The position numbers were made by a program, and so were the translations under genes. From assembly GCA_041687695.1 (NCBI GenBank), contig JAWLBL010000006.1, positions 192,001-256,000 on the forward strand: a stretch of 64,000 nucleotides of DNA, in the 5' to 3' direction. This document shows positions 40,631 to 48,674 of this stretch, piece after piece; position 1 is the stretch's first letter, and each line of letters opens with the position of its first letter. Below the pieces are notes generated by a model. That model had not been told where the DNA came from and made no database searches. It worked only from the letters and a program-made list of their open reading frames with translations. The stretch is from Myxococcota bacterium. Its GTDB lineage: Bacteria > Myxococcota_A > UBA9042 > PHBI01 > JAWLBL01.

Positions 40631-42396
40631 GGGCGGCTCCCGCGCGCGGCGCCCGGCGCCGAGACCCCGATCTGCTCGAGCAGGCGCGAGGCGTCCTCGG
40701 CGTCCTGGGCGCGGAGCGAGTGGGGGGCGTACCAGGCGTGCTCGGTCAGGCGCTCGAGCGCGACCAGCGCCTCGGCGAGGCGGTCGTCGTCGGCGCGCGC
40801 GGTGGTCAGGGCCTCGGCCGGGGTGTCGTGGCCCCAGCGGAGGCGGCCGGCGGCGCGCGCCAGGGCGCGGGCGTAGAGATCGCGGACGCGGCGGCGGATG
40901 GCGACGACGGCGAAGGTCGCGCCATCGAGGGCGCCGGTGTGGGGCAGGCCGGTGACCAGGTGGCGGGGCAGGTAGTCGGCGCCGGTGACGTCGAGGCGCC
41001 AGCTGCCGGGGGGCGCCGGGCCCAGCTCGAAGCGGCCGAAGGCGTCGGTCGTCCCGGCGAGCAGCTGGCCGTCGCCGCCGACGAGGCGGACCGAGAGGCC
41101 GGGGACCGGCGCCTGGGTGTGGGCGTCGAGCACGCGGCCGGCGACGACGTCGAGGCGGGCCGAGTCGGCGGGCGAGGCGGCACCGAGCACGAACGGCGGG
41201 TCGACCAGCGCGGGCACGGGGTCGGCCCCGGGGCGGCGGCGACGGCGGAAGCGCCAGCGCAGGCGCAGCGCGCGCCAGGAGCGGTTGCGCACGACGTGGG
41301 CGGCGGCGAGGGCGCCGACGACCCAGAGCAGGCCCGCGAGGTACCAGCGGGCCGGGATGCCGGGCGGGGGCGGGACCGGGATGACGATGGGGCGGCTGAC
41401 GGCGGGGACGTGCAGGGTGTCGCTGGGGCGGAAGACGGCGCGCACCTCGAGGGCGCCGTCGATGGCGTCGAACAGGGCCCGGGCGTCGACGGCGGCGAGG
41501 TAGATGCCGTCGGCGTCGGTCGTGGTGACGAGCCACGGGCGCGGGGCGTCGGGGGCGTCGTCGGCGCCGGGGTCGGCGGTGACCGGGCCGGCGAGGATGG
41601 CGACCGTGGCGCCGGCGAGCGGCCCGTCCCCGTCGATGAGGCGGCCGCTGAAGCGATAGCGGCCGGTGGCGGCGTCGCCTTCGCGGCCGACGCGCAGGGT
41701 GAGGCGCGTGGGCAGCTGGACCCGGAAGCTGGTGGCGGCCTCGGCGGGGGCGAAGCGGTGGTCGCCGGTGAAGCGGGCGCGCAGGGCGTAGCGGCCGGCG
41801 GCGCCGAGGAGGGCGGGGCGGATGAGGAAGCGGGCGAGGCCCTGGGCGTCGGTCTCGCCGAGCAGCTCGGGGCCGTCGGCGACCTGGACGCGCACGGGGG
41901 CGGCGGCGACCGGGCCGGACTCGGCGTGCAGGGCGATGTGGACCATCAGGCGGTCGGCGTCGATGCTGACGGCGGCGGGGTCGACGGTCAGGTCGAGCCA
42001 GGTGGTGTGGCGGCGCAGGTCGACGTGGCCCGAGGCGGAGGCGGGGCCGTGGTCGGGGTCGCCCTCGAAGCGGACGGCGTAGGCGAGGCGGGCCCCGTGG
42101 CGGGCCTCGACGGCGGCGAGGTCGTCGTCGCGGACGGTCAGCTCGAAGGCGCCGTCGGCGAAGGTGCGGACGGCGCGGACCTCGAAGCCGGTGAGGGCGA
42201 CGTGGACGGTCTCGGCGCCGACGGGGCGGCCGCGGTCGTCGCGGAGGTGCCCGCGGAGGGCGACGCCGGTGGGCTCGCGGCTGGCGCGGACCTCGAGGCT
42301 GGTGCGGGCGCGGACCGTGATGGGCACCGCGAGCGCCGCCTGGGTGAGGCTGGCGGCGAGCAAAAAGGCGACGCATGGGAGGGCGGGGCCGCGCAC
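40627..42396 (-). CDS. Multi-Ig-fold membrane protein with carboxypeptidase regulatory-like domain
   Basis: Signal-like N-terminus; RFEGD/RFTGD Ig-like strands; TM; GRVLDAHTQAPVPG...TTDAFGRFEL; start uncertain (42396 or 42435). Confidence 0.7.
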   Translation of the reverse strand: MRGPALPCVAFLLAASLTQAALAVPITVRARTSLEVRASREPTGVALRGHLRDDRGRPVGAETVHVALTGFEVRAVRTFADGAFELTVRDDDLAAVEARHGARLAYAVRFEGDPDHGPASASGHVDLRRHTTWLDLTVDPAAVSIDADRLMVHIALHAESGPVAAAPVRVQVADGPELLGETDAQGLARFLIRPALLGAAGRYALRARFTGDHRFAPAEAATSFRVQLPTRLTLRVGREGDAATGRYRFSGRLIDGDGPLAGATVAILAGPVTADPGADDAPDAPRPWLVTTTDADGIYLAAVDARALFDAIDGALEVRAVFRPSDTLHVPAVSRPIVIPVPPPPGIPARWYLAGLLWVVGALAAAHVVRNRSWRALRLRWRFRRRRRPGADPVPALVDPPFVLGAASPADSARLDVVAGRVLDAHTQAPVPGLSVRLVGGDGQLLAGTTDAFGRFELGPAPPGSWRLDVTGADYLPRHLVTGLPHTGALDGATFAVVAIRRRVRDLYARALARAAGRLRWGHDTPAEALTTARADDDRLAEALVALERLTEHAWYAPHSLRAQDAEDASRLLEQIGVSAPGAARGSRP

Positions 42397-42447
42397 CGGG
42401 GCACCATAGCAGACCTCGGCGGGCTGCACAGCCATGGGACGAGGCTT

Positions 42448-42690
42448 GGCCGTGGCCGTGAGCCGTGGCCGTGGCGGAGGCCGTGAGCGTGGCCGTGGCG
42501 GAGGCGGAGGCCGTGAGCGGGTGCCGTGGCCGTGAGCGTGGCCGTGGCCGGGTGCCGTGGCCGGGTGCCGTGGCCGTGGGCCGTGGCCGTGGCGGAGGCT
42601 GTGGCGGAGGCGGAGGCCGTGGCCGTGCCGGAGGCCGTGGCCGTGCCGGAGGCCGTGGCCGTGACTTTGGCCGAGGCGGAGGCCGTGGCC
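42448..42690. repeat. Hexamer simple-sequence repeat tract (GGCCGT/GGCGGA variants, about 40 units)
   Basis: Continuous 6-bp periodicity in the divergent intergenic region upstream of ftsY. Confidence 0.9.
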
Positions 42691-42784
42691 CTGCCGGGAC
42701 GCCAAGAGGTTGGGATTGGTCAAGCGGGGGGAGCGCTGCTATAACCCGCCCCTCCCGAATTCAGGCGATTTCTTGGAGGCGACG

Positions 42785-44230
42785 ATGACGCAGCTGGCAG
42801 GGCTGTTGGCCCAGGCCGCTCCGGCGGAGACGGACTGGACGTGGCTCGCGGTGGGCGCGGCCGTGGTGGTGCTCCTCCTCATCGTGTGGGTGGCGCTGCG
42901 CCGCAAGAGCGAGACCGAGGCGCTCCCCGAGCGGCCCGCGCCGCGGCCCGAGCCCATCGCGCCGGCGCCCGAGGCCGAGGGGCTCGAGGCGGCCGAGCTG
43001 GCTGAAGACGAGCTGCCCGAGGAGCTGCGCGAGGAGCTCGAGGACGACGCGCCGGCCGGGGTGGTCGAGACCGCCCGCAAGCCCATCGAAGCCAAACGCA
43101 TCGAGGCCGAGGCCATGGACGCCATCGCGCCCGAGCGCAAGGCGCCCTCGAGCCTGCCGCTGCCCGAGGCCAAGCGGCCGGTCGTGCCCGAGGAGAAGGT
43201 CGAGGAGGCGCCGCCCGCCAAGGCGCCGCCCAAGCCGGCCGAGAAGGTCGCCGAGAAGGCGCCGGTCATCGTCGAGCCGGTCGAAAAGCCCGTCGTCGAA
43301 AAGCCCAAGTCCCTCAAGGAGGGGTTGGGACGGACCCGGCGCGAGGGGTTCATCGCGCGCCTCGGCGGGCTGTTCTCGCCGGGCAAGAAGCTCGACAAGG
43401 ATCTGCTCGACGAGCTCGAGGAGGTCCTGTTCACGGCCGACATCGGCGTCAAGACGGCCGACCGGCTGCTCGAGTCGGTGCGTGAGACGCTCGGGCGCTC
43501 GGACCTCAAGGACGCCGAGCGGGTCTGGGGCGTGATGCGCGAGGAGGCCAAGGCGATCCTCGGCGCGGCGTCGGCCAACGGGACCATGGCCCAGCCGGCG
43601 GCGGGGATGCCGCGGGTCACCATGGTCCTGGGCGTCAACGGGACCGGCAAGACCACCAGCATCGGCAAGCTCGCCAACCAGGCGGTGGCCGACGGCAAGA
43701 AGGTCGTGCTCATCGCGGGCGACACCTTCCGCGCCGCGGCCGCCGAGCAGCTCGAGCACTGGGGCCGTCGCGTCGGGGCGAACGTGATGCGCGGCAAGGA
43801 GGGGGCCGATCCGGCCTCGGTGGTGTTCGACGGGCTCAAGAAGGCCGTCGAGGAGCAGGCCGACGTGGTCCTGGTGGACACGGCCGGACGCCTCCACACC
43901 CAGGTCAACCTGATGGAGGAGCTGCGCAAGGTGCGGCGCGTCATGACGCGCGCCGTCCCGGACGCGCCGCACGAGGTCCTCATGGTGCTCGACGCCACGA
44001 CGGGCCAGAACGCCATCCAGCAGGCCAAGATGTTCAAGGAGGCGACCGACGTCACGGGCATCATCCTGACCAAGCTCGACGGCACCGCGAAGGGCGGCGT
44101 GGTCATCGGCGTGTGCGACGAGCTGGCCATCCCCATCCGCTACATCGGCGTGGGCGAGCGCGTCTCCGACCTGCGGACGTTCCAGCCCGACGAGTTCGTC
44201 GAAGCCCTGTTCACGCCGCCGAGCGAGTGA
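42785..44230 (+). CDS. ftsY: Signal recognition particle receptor FtsY with N-terminal TM anchor
   Basis: [40 protein letters not shown]. Confidence 0.96.
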   Translation: MTQLAGLLAQAAPAETDWTWLAVGAAVVVLLLIVWVALRRKSETEALPERPAPRPEPIAPAPEAEGLEAAELAEDELPEELREELEDDAPAGVVETARKPIEAKRIEAEAMDAIAPERKAPSSLPLPEAKRPVVPEEKVEEAPPAKAPPKPAEKVAEKAPVIVEPVEKPVVEKPKSLKEGLGRTRREGFIARLGGLFSPGKKLDKDLLDELEEVLFTADIGVKTADRLLESVRETLGRSDLKDAERVWGVMREEAKAILGAASANGTMAQPAAGMPRVTMVLGVNGTGKTTSIGKLANQAVADGKKVVLIAGDTFRAAAAEQLEHWGRRVGANVMRGKEGADPASVVFDGLKKAVEEQADVVLVDTAGRLHTQVNLMEELRKVRRVMTRAVPDAPHEVLMVLDATTGQNAIQQAKMFKEATDVTGIILTKLDGTAKGGVVIGVCDELAIPIRYIGVGERVSDLRTFQPDEFVEALFTPPSE

Positions 44231-44294
44231 GCGCCGGTGAGCGCGGCCCCTTCGCGGCGTCGCGTCGTGGAAGGTCTTGAAAGAAGGGGCCGGC

Positions 44295-44324
44295 TTGACC
44301 GCCTCGTCACGGCAGGGGTACATT
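44295..44324 (+). promoter_or_regulatory. Sigma70-type promoter of the OM beta-barrel operon
   Basis: TTGACC-18 nt-TACATT. Confidence 0.5.
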
Positions 44325-44406
44325 CCGACCCGCACGGCCACCAGCCAGGCGGCGAACGCGTCCATCGCGTCGCCGTCGCGCCACGACCTTTCACGAGCGG
44401 AGCGCC

Positions 44407-45144
44407 ATGCGTCTCAGTCCCGGGTTCACCCGCCTCCTCCTCGTCGGAGCGTTGACGCTGGCTGGCTCCAGCGCGCTCGCGCAGACGGCGCCGGGAGCCA
44501 CCCCAACCGCCGGCGGCCCGGCCGCCCCGGCCCAGGACGAGGGCCCGTCCGCGGAGGAGCGCCTCGCCGCCTCCATCCGGGTCGTCCAGCAGCGGCCCTT
44601 TCTGCGCAGCACGCGCTTCGAACTCCAGCTCATGGGCGGCCTCGGTATCAACGACGTGCTCTTCCAGCACTTCAGCGCCGTCGCCAATGGACGCTTCCAC
44701 CTGTCCGAGCGCTTCTCGCTCGGCGCGACCTACGCCCACTACTTCGCGGACGAGGCCTCGACCTTCAGCGAGGTCACCGACCGCTTCGAGGTCTTCCCCG
44801 AGCGCGCCCTCACGCGGTGGTACGCCGGCGCCGACTTCGCGTGGATCCCCATCTTCGGCAAGTACGCCCTGTTCGACGAGGCCGTGGTCCACTTCGACCT
44901 CTACACCATCGTCGGCGGCGGCGTCACGCGCACCAGCAAGTCCGACGACCTCAAGCCGACCGGCACCATCGGCGTGGGCTGGCGGCTCATCACGACGCGT
45001 TGGCTCGCCTTCGTCGTCGAGCTGCGCGACCACATCTACGTCGAGAAGTACAACCAGCGCGAAGAGCTGGTGAACAACGTCGTCGGCCAGGTCGGGCTGA
45101 GCTTCTGGCTGCCCTGGGACTTCGACTACCGCTACCCGCGATGA
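44407..45144 (+). CDS. Myxobacterial-type outer membrane beta-barrel protein
   Basis: Signal peptide; IRVVQQRPFLRSTRFEL, INDVLF, WIPIFGKYALF, VHFDLY. Confidence 0.8.
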   Translation: MRLSPGFTRLLLVGALTLAGSSALAQTAPGATPTAGGPAAPAQDEGPSAEERLAASIRVVQQRPFLRSTRFELQLMGGLGINDVLFQHFSAVANGRFHLSERFSLGATYAHYFADEASTFSEVTDRFEVFPERALTRWYAGADFAWIPIFGKYALFDEAVVHFDLYTIVGGGVTRTSKSDDLKPTGTIGVGWRLITTRWLAFVVELRDHIYVEKYNQREELVNNVVGQVGLSFWLPWDFDYRYPR

Positions 45145-45917
45145 GGTCCGCCTTGCTGAGCACCCGGTCCAGCTCGATGTCCAGCTCCGTCCGCGGCGCG
45201 CGTCGCGGCGTCGGCTCCTCCTTGCTCGCCCTGGTCGCCCTCGCCGGCGTCGCCGCGGCCCCCGCGACGGCCACGGCCCAGGAGCGCGCGGGCGGCGTCC
45301 TCGAGGGCGAGCCGTCCATCCGCCAGAAGCAGCTCTACCTCGAGGGGCGGCACCTGCTGCTGCCGACCTTCGGCGTCACCATCAACGACGCCTACCGGCG
45401 CAACCTCCTCGGCGGCGTCAGCTACCGCTACTTCGCGTCGCACTGGCTCGGCCTCGGCCTCGATCTGCTCGCGGGGACGGCCGTCGACACGGGCCTGACC
45501 GAGAACATCGAGAACGACCTCAGCACCGACGACACGGCCTTCGACGTCCAGGCGACCAGCCTGCGCTTCCTCGCCAGCGCCGTCGCCGAGCTGGTCCCGC
45601 TCGAGGGCAAGCTGATGATGCTCGGCGCCCAGATGCGCGCCGACTTCCACATCACGCTCGGCTTCGGCCTCGCCAGCATCGCCGGCGAGGGGCGCATCGA
45701 GGACACCCTGTCCATCATGCCGTCGATCGGCGTCGGCATGCGGTTTTTTCCCGAACCTTGGATCTCGGTCGGCCTCGACGTAAAGGACCTCATCATCAAC
45801 CGCGTCCTCGCGGCGGGGTTCGATGGCTCGGTGCCCGACAAGGGCTTCCACAACAACTGGCTCGTGGCCCTGTCCGTCGGGTTCGCGCTGCCGCCCGAGA
45901 CCGAGGTTCGTCCGTGA
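45141..45917 (+). CDS. Second myxobacterial-type outer membrane beta-barrel protein
   Basis: Signal peptide; SIRQKQLYLEGRH, TINDAY, LVPLEGKL, GVGMRFF; ATGA overlap. Confidence 0.8.
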   Translation: MRSALLSTRSSSMSSSVRGARRGVGSSLLALVALAGVAAAPATATAQERAGGVLEGEPSIRQKQLYLEGRHLLLPTFGVTINDAYRRNLLGGVSYRYFASHWLGLGLDLLAGTAVDTGLTENIENDLSTDDTAFDVQATSLRFLASAVAELVPLEGKLMMLGAQMRADFHITLGFGLASIAGEGRIEDTLSIMPSIGVGMRFFPEPWISVGLDVKDLIINRVLAAGFDGSVPDKGFHNNWLVALSVGFALPPETEVRP

Positions 45918-46405
45918 CGTCCGCCCTCCGCACCACCCTCGTCGCCACGCTGGCGCTGGCCCTCGTGGGCCTGGCCGCGCCTGCGTTCGCCTCGCACTAC
46001 CGCCTGCCGGCCGGCGACCTGGTCACGGCGACCGAGCTCAAGTCCCTGCAGAAGGCCGGCGTCGACACGACCCTGGCCCTGTACGAGCAGGCCGCCGGCA
46101 GCCAGGCCCGCAAGCAGCTCGCGCGCGCCAGCGGCCTGTCGGTCGCGCGCCTGACCGAGCTCGCCGCCCAGTGCGACCTCCTGCGCGTGTCCGGCGTCGG
46201 CCCGCTGATGGTGCGCGTCCTGCAGGCCGGCGGCGTCCGCCACTCGGGCGACCTCCGCAAGGCCAACGCCGCCGCCCTGCTCGACAAGCTGCGGGCCGCC
46301 AACCAGGTCCACAAGCTGACCGAGGTCCTGCCCGAGGTCGAGATGCTGCAGGCCTGGATCGCCCAGGCGCAGAAGCTGCCCGCCCGCCTCGAAGGGGTGC
46401 GGTGA
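45914..46405 (+). CDS. DUF4332-like secreted protein
   Basis: Signal peptide; DLLRVSGVGP...LQAGGV...L...N...LP...WIAQA; GTGA overlap. Confidence 0.75.
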   Translation: MTSALRTTLVATLALALVGLAAPAFASHYRLPAGDLVTATELKSLQKAGVDTTLALYEQAAGSQARKQLARASGLSVARLTELAAQCDLLRVSGVGPLMVRVLQAGGVRHSGDLRKANAAALLDKLRAANQVHKLTEVLPEVEMLQAWIAQAQKLPARLEGVR

Positions 46406-47796
46406 ACCCCCTTCGCTGGGTCGCCGCGTCACGCCGAAGGCTCGCCACCGCCACGCTCGTCGCCTATGCGCTCGCGTTCGCGGTGGCGGTGCCGCTGGCC
46501 GCCCACCTCCGCGACGTCTCCGCCTCGCCGATCGCCGACTTCTGGGTGATGACGGCCTGGCTGGGGATCCTGGCCGCCGGCTCCCTGTTCCTGGGCGTCC
46601 TGCTGGGCGATCGGCTGCTGCCGGGGCGCTGGCGCGAGCGCGTCATCCTGGGGCGCGAGGTCCAGCTGCCCGGCACCGACGATGACCCCGCCCTGGCGAT
46701 GGCGGTCACCAAGTCGTACTTGCTGCACTTCTCGGCGCTGACGGTCGGGGCGCTGGCCCTGTCGGCCATGGCGCTCGAGGCGGTCACCGGCGGCTTCTTC
46801 GCCGAGTACCAGCGCCTCGGTTACGCGCGCGCCACCCTGCGCGGCGACGACACGGCTGCCAAGCTGGCGACGGTCGAGCGGCTCTCCGAGGTGCAGCGCG
46901 AGCAGAACGTGCGCGACTCGCTGGCCCTGCTCCGCGCCACCTGGGATGACCCGGCCCAGCCGCTCGAGGTCCGCGCCGCCTCCATCCGCAGCCTGGGACG
47001 GCTCGGGCACTCGCTGGTCACCAGCATCGACGCCTGGGACAACGAGGGGGTCAAGGAGCACTGGGAGTTCGATCTCGTGCGCGAGCTGCGCTCGGATCTG
47101 CTGCCCCTGTGGCGCGAGCGGCTCGCCACCGCCGACCCGGCCCTCGCCGGACCGATGGCGCTGGCGCTGGGCCGTTACCGCGACTTCGACAGCGCCCCGG
47201 CGCTGCTGGCGCGGGCCACGACCGGGCCGACCGGCGCGTCGCCGACCTGGCGGCAGACCGTGACCGCCCTGGGGCTGCTGCACCCCCTCGACATCCTCGC
47301 GCCCCTGGGCGAGCTGGCCACGGCCGCGACGGATCCCCAGGACTTCACCGCGCTGGCCTGGGCCGTGGGCGAGCCGATGCGGCGCCTGCCGCTCGACCAG
47401 CCGCCGCCGCCCGCCTTCGACCGCCTCATCGAGGCCTTCGGCGCGCTCGCCGCCTCGGGGGCGACCCCGGTGCATCGCTGCGACGCGGTCTACGTCCTGT
47501 ACAAGACCCGCGACGCGCGCATCGTCGAGCCGCTCCTGGCCGCCTTCGACGCCCAGGGCGCGGACATGGAGTGTCCGACGACCCACGTCGACGTCTCGGA
47601 CCGCGCGCCCCACGTCTCGGCCCACGGCGAGCCCTTCCGAGTGCGCGTCCTCAAGGCCCTGGCGGTGGTGGCCGTGGGCCAGCCCCGGGTGCTCGAGTGG
47701 GCGCGCTCGCGCGTCGACGACGCCAGCCTGTCGGACGTGGTCCGGCTCGAGCTGAAGCAGCTGGTGGCGCTGACCGAGGCGGGCGCGGGCCAGTGA
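46402..47796 (+). CDS. Membrane protein with HEAT-like helical repeats
   Basis: Three N-terminal TM helices then VRAASIRSLGRLG / ALALGRYRD repeats; GTGA overlap. Confidence 0.65.
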   Translation: MNPLRWVAASRRRLATATLVAYALAFAVAVPLAAHLRDVSASPIADFWVMTAWLGILAAGSLFLGVLLGDRLLPGRWRERVILGREVQLPGTDDDPALAMAVTKSYLLHFSALTVGALALSAMALEAVTGGFFAEYQRLGYARATLRGDDTAAKLATVERLSEVQREQNVRDSLALLRATWDDPAQPLEVRAASIRSLGRLGHSLVTSIDAWDNEGVKEHWEFDLVRELRSDLLPLWRERLATADPALAGPMALALGRYRDFDSAPALLARATTGPTGASPTWRQTVTALGLLHPLDILAPLGELATAATDPQDFTALAWAVGEPMRRLPLDQPPPPAFDRLIEAFGALAASGATPVHRCDAVYVLYKTRDARIVEPLLAAFDAQGADMECPTTHVDVSDRAPHVSAHGEPFRVRVLKALAVVAVGQPRVLEWARSRVDDASLSDVVRLELKQLVALTEAGAGQ

Positions 47797-47860
47797 TCAG
47801 GCGCTGCGCCTGCCGGGCCTCACATCATGAGGGCGGCGGCAGGCGCGGGGCCCGTCAGGC

Positions 47861-48595
47861 TCAGGGCAGGTCGCAGTAGCCGACCTGGCCGTAGTACTGC
47901 GAGCACCCGACGAAGTTGGGACAGGGCTCGACGGCCGTCGTGTCGCACAGCGGGTAGCACTTGTTGCCGACGCAGGCGGTGCCGGCCTCGCAGTCGCTGG
48001 CGTTGGTGCAGGCGCCGCCAGCGGCCGTGTTGCCGGCAGGCAGACAGACGGGCTCGGGCTGACCGGCGATGCGGTAGCAGCCCTTGGTGCCGCCGCAGTC
48101 CTGGGCCAGGAGATCGCAGGTCGTGTAGATGTCGTCGATTTCGCAGACCTTGTAGGGCGTGTCGGTCAGGGTCAGGCAGCTGTCGCCGGCCTCGCAGTGG
48201 CCATCGGTCTTGCAGAACTTGTAGCAGAGGAACTTGGTGTCGTTCAGGTTCAAGCAGATGCCGCGCTCGCAGCCGTCGTTGCCGCCGCACTCGGCGCCGT
48301 AAGGCTGCTCGCCCTCGGGCACGCACTCGGCCGTCTTGGCGCCGCTACCGACGTAGGTGCAGTTCTCGCCCTCTTCGCACCCGGTCTGCGTGATGGCGTT
48401 GCAGCTCGTGGCCGGGGTCGTGTCGTCGGTGGCGGCCGTGTCGTCGGCCGCGTCGCCGCCGCCCTCGTCGGGGGTGGTCGAGGTGTCGGCGTCGGTCTGG
48501 TCGGTCGGCGTGCCGGAGCCTCCGTCACCGCAGGCGGCGAGGGCCGAGGGCAGGGCGAAGGCGAGGGCGGCGAGCAGGGACAGGCGGAGCGACAT
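47861..48595 (-). CDS. Cys-rich lipoprotein with Thr/Asp-rich linker
   Basis: ALAA-C lipobox; CNAITQTGC and CDLLAQDC repeats. Confidence 0.8.
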   Translation of the reverse strand: MSLRLSLLAALAFALPSALAACGDGGSGTPTDQTDADTSTTPDEGGGDAADDTAATDDTTPATSCNAITQTGCEEGENCTYVGSGAKTAECVPEGEQPYGAECGGNDGCERGICLNLNDTKFLCYKFCKTDGHCEAGDSCLTLTDTPYKVCEIDDIYTTCDLLAQDCGGTKGCYRIAGQPEPVCLPAGNTAAGGACTNASDCEAGTACVGNKCYPLCDTTAVEPCPNFVGCSQYYGQVGYCDLP

Positions 48596-48674
48596 GGGCG
48601 CGGACCTTTCGGGAGCGGGGATGGCAATGGATGATGGAGCTTCGGACGCGGGGGCGCAAGATGGCCAGGCGGGC

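Noticed and set aside
42690..44400. SRP RNA near ftsY
   Set aside because: The conserved domain IV motif (CAGG...GGAA...AGCAG) was not seen in the flanking intergenic DNA.
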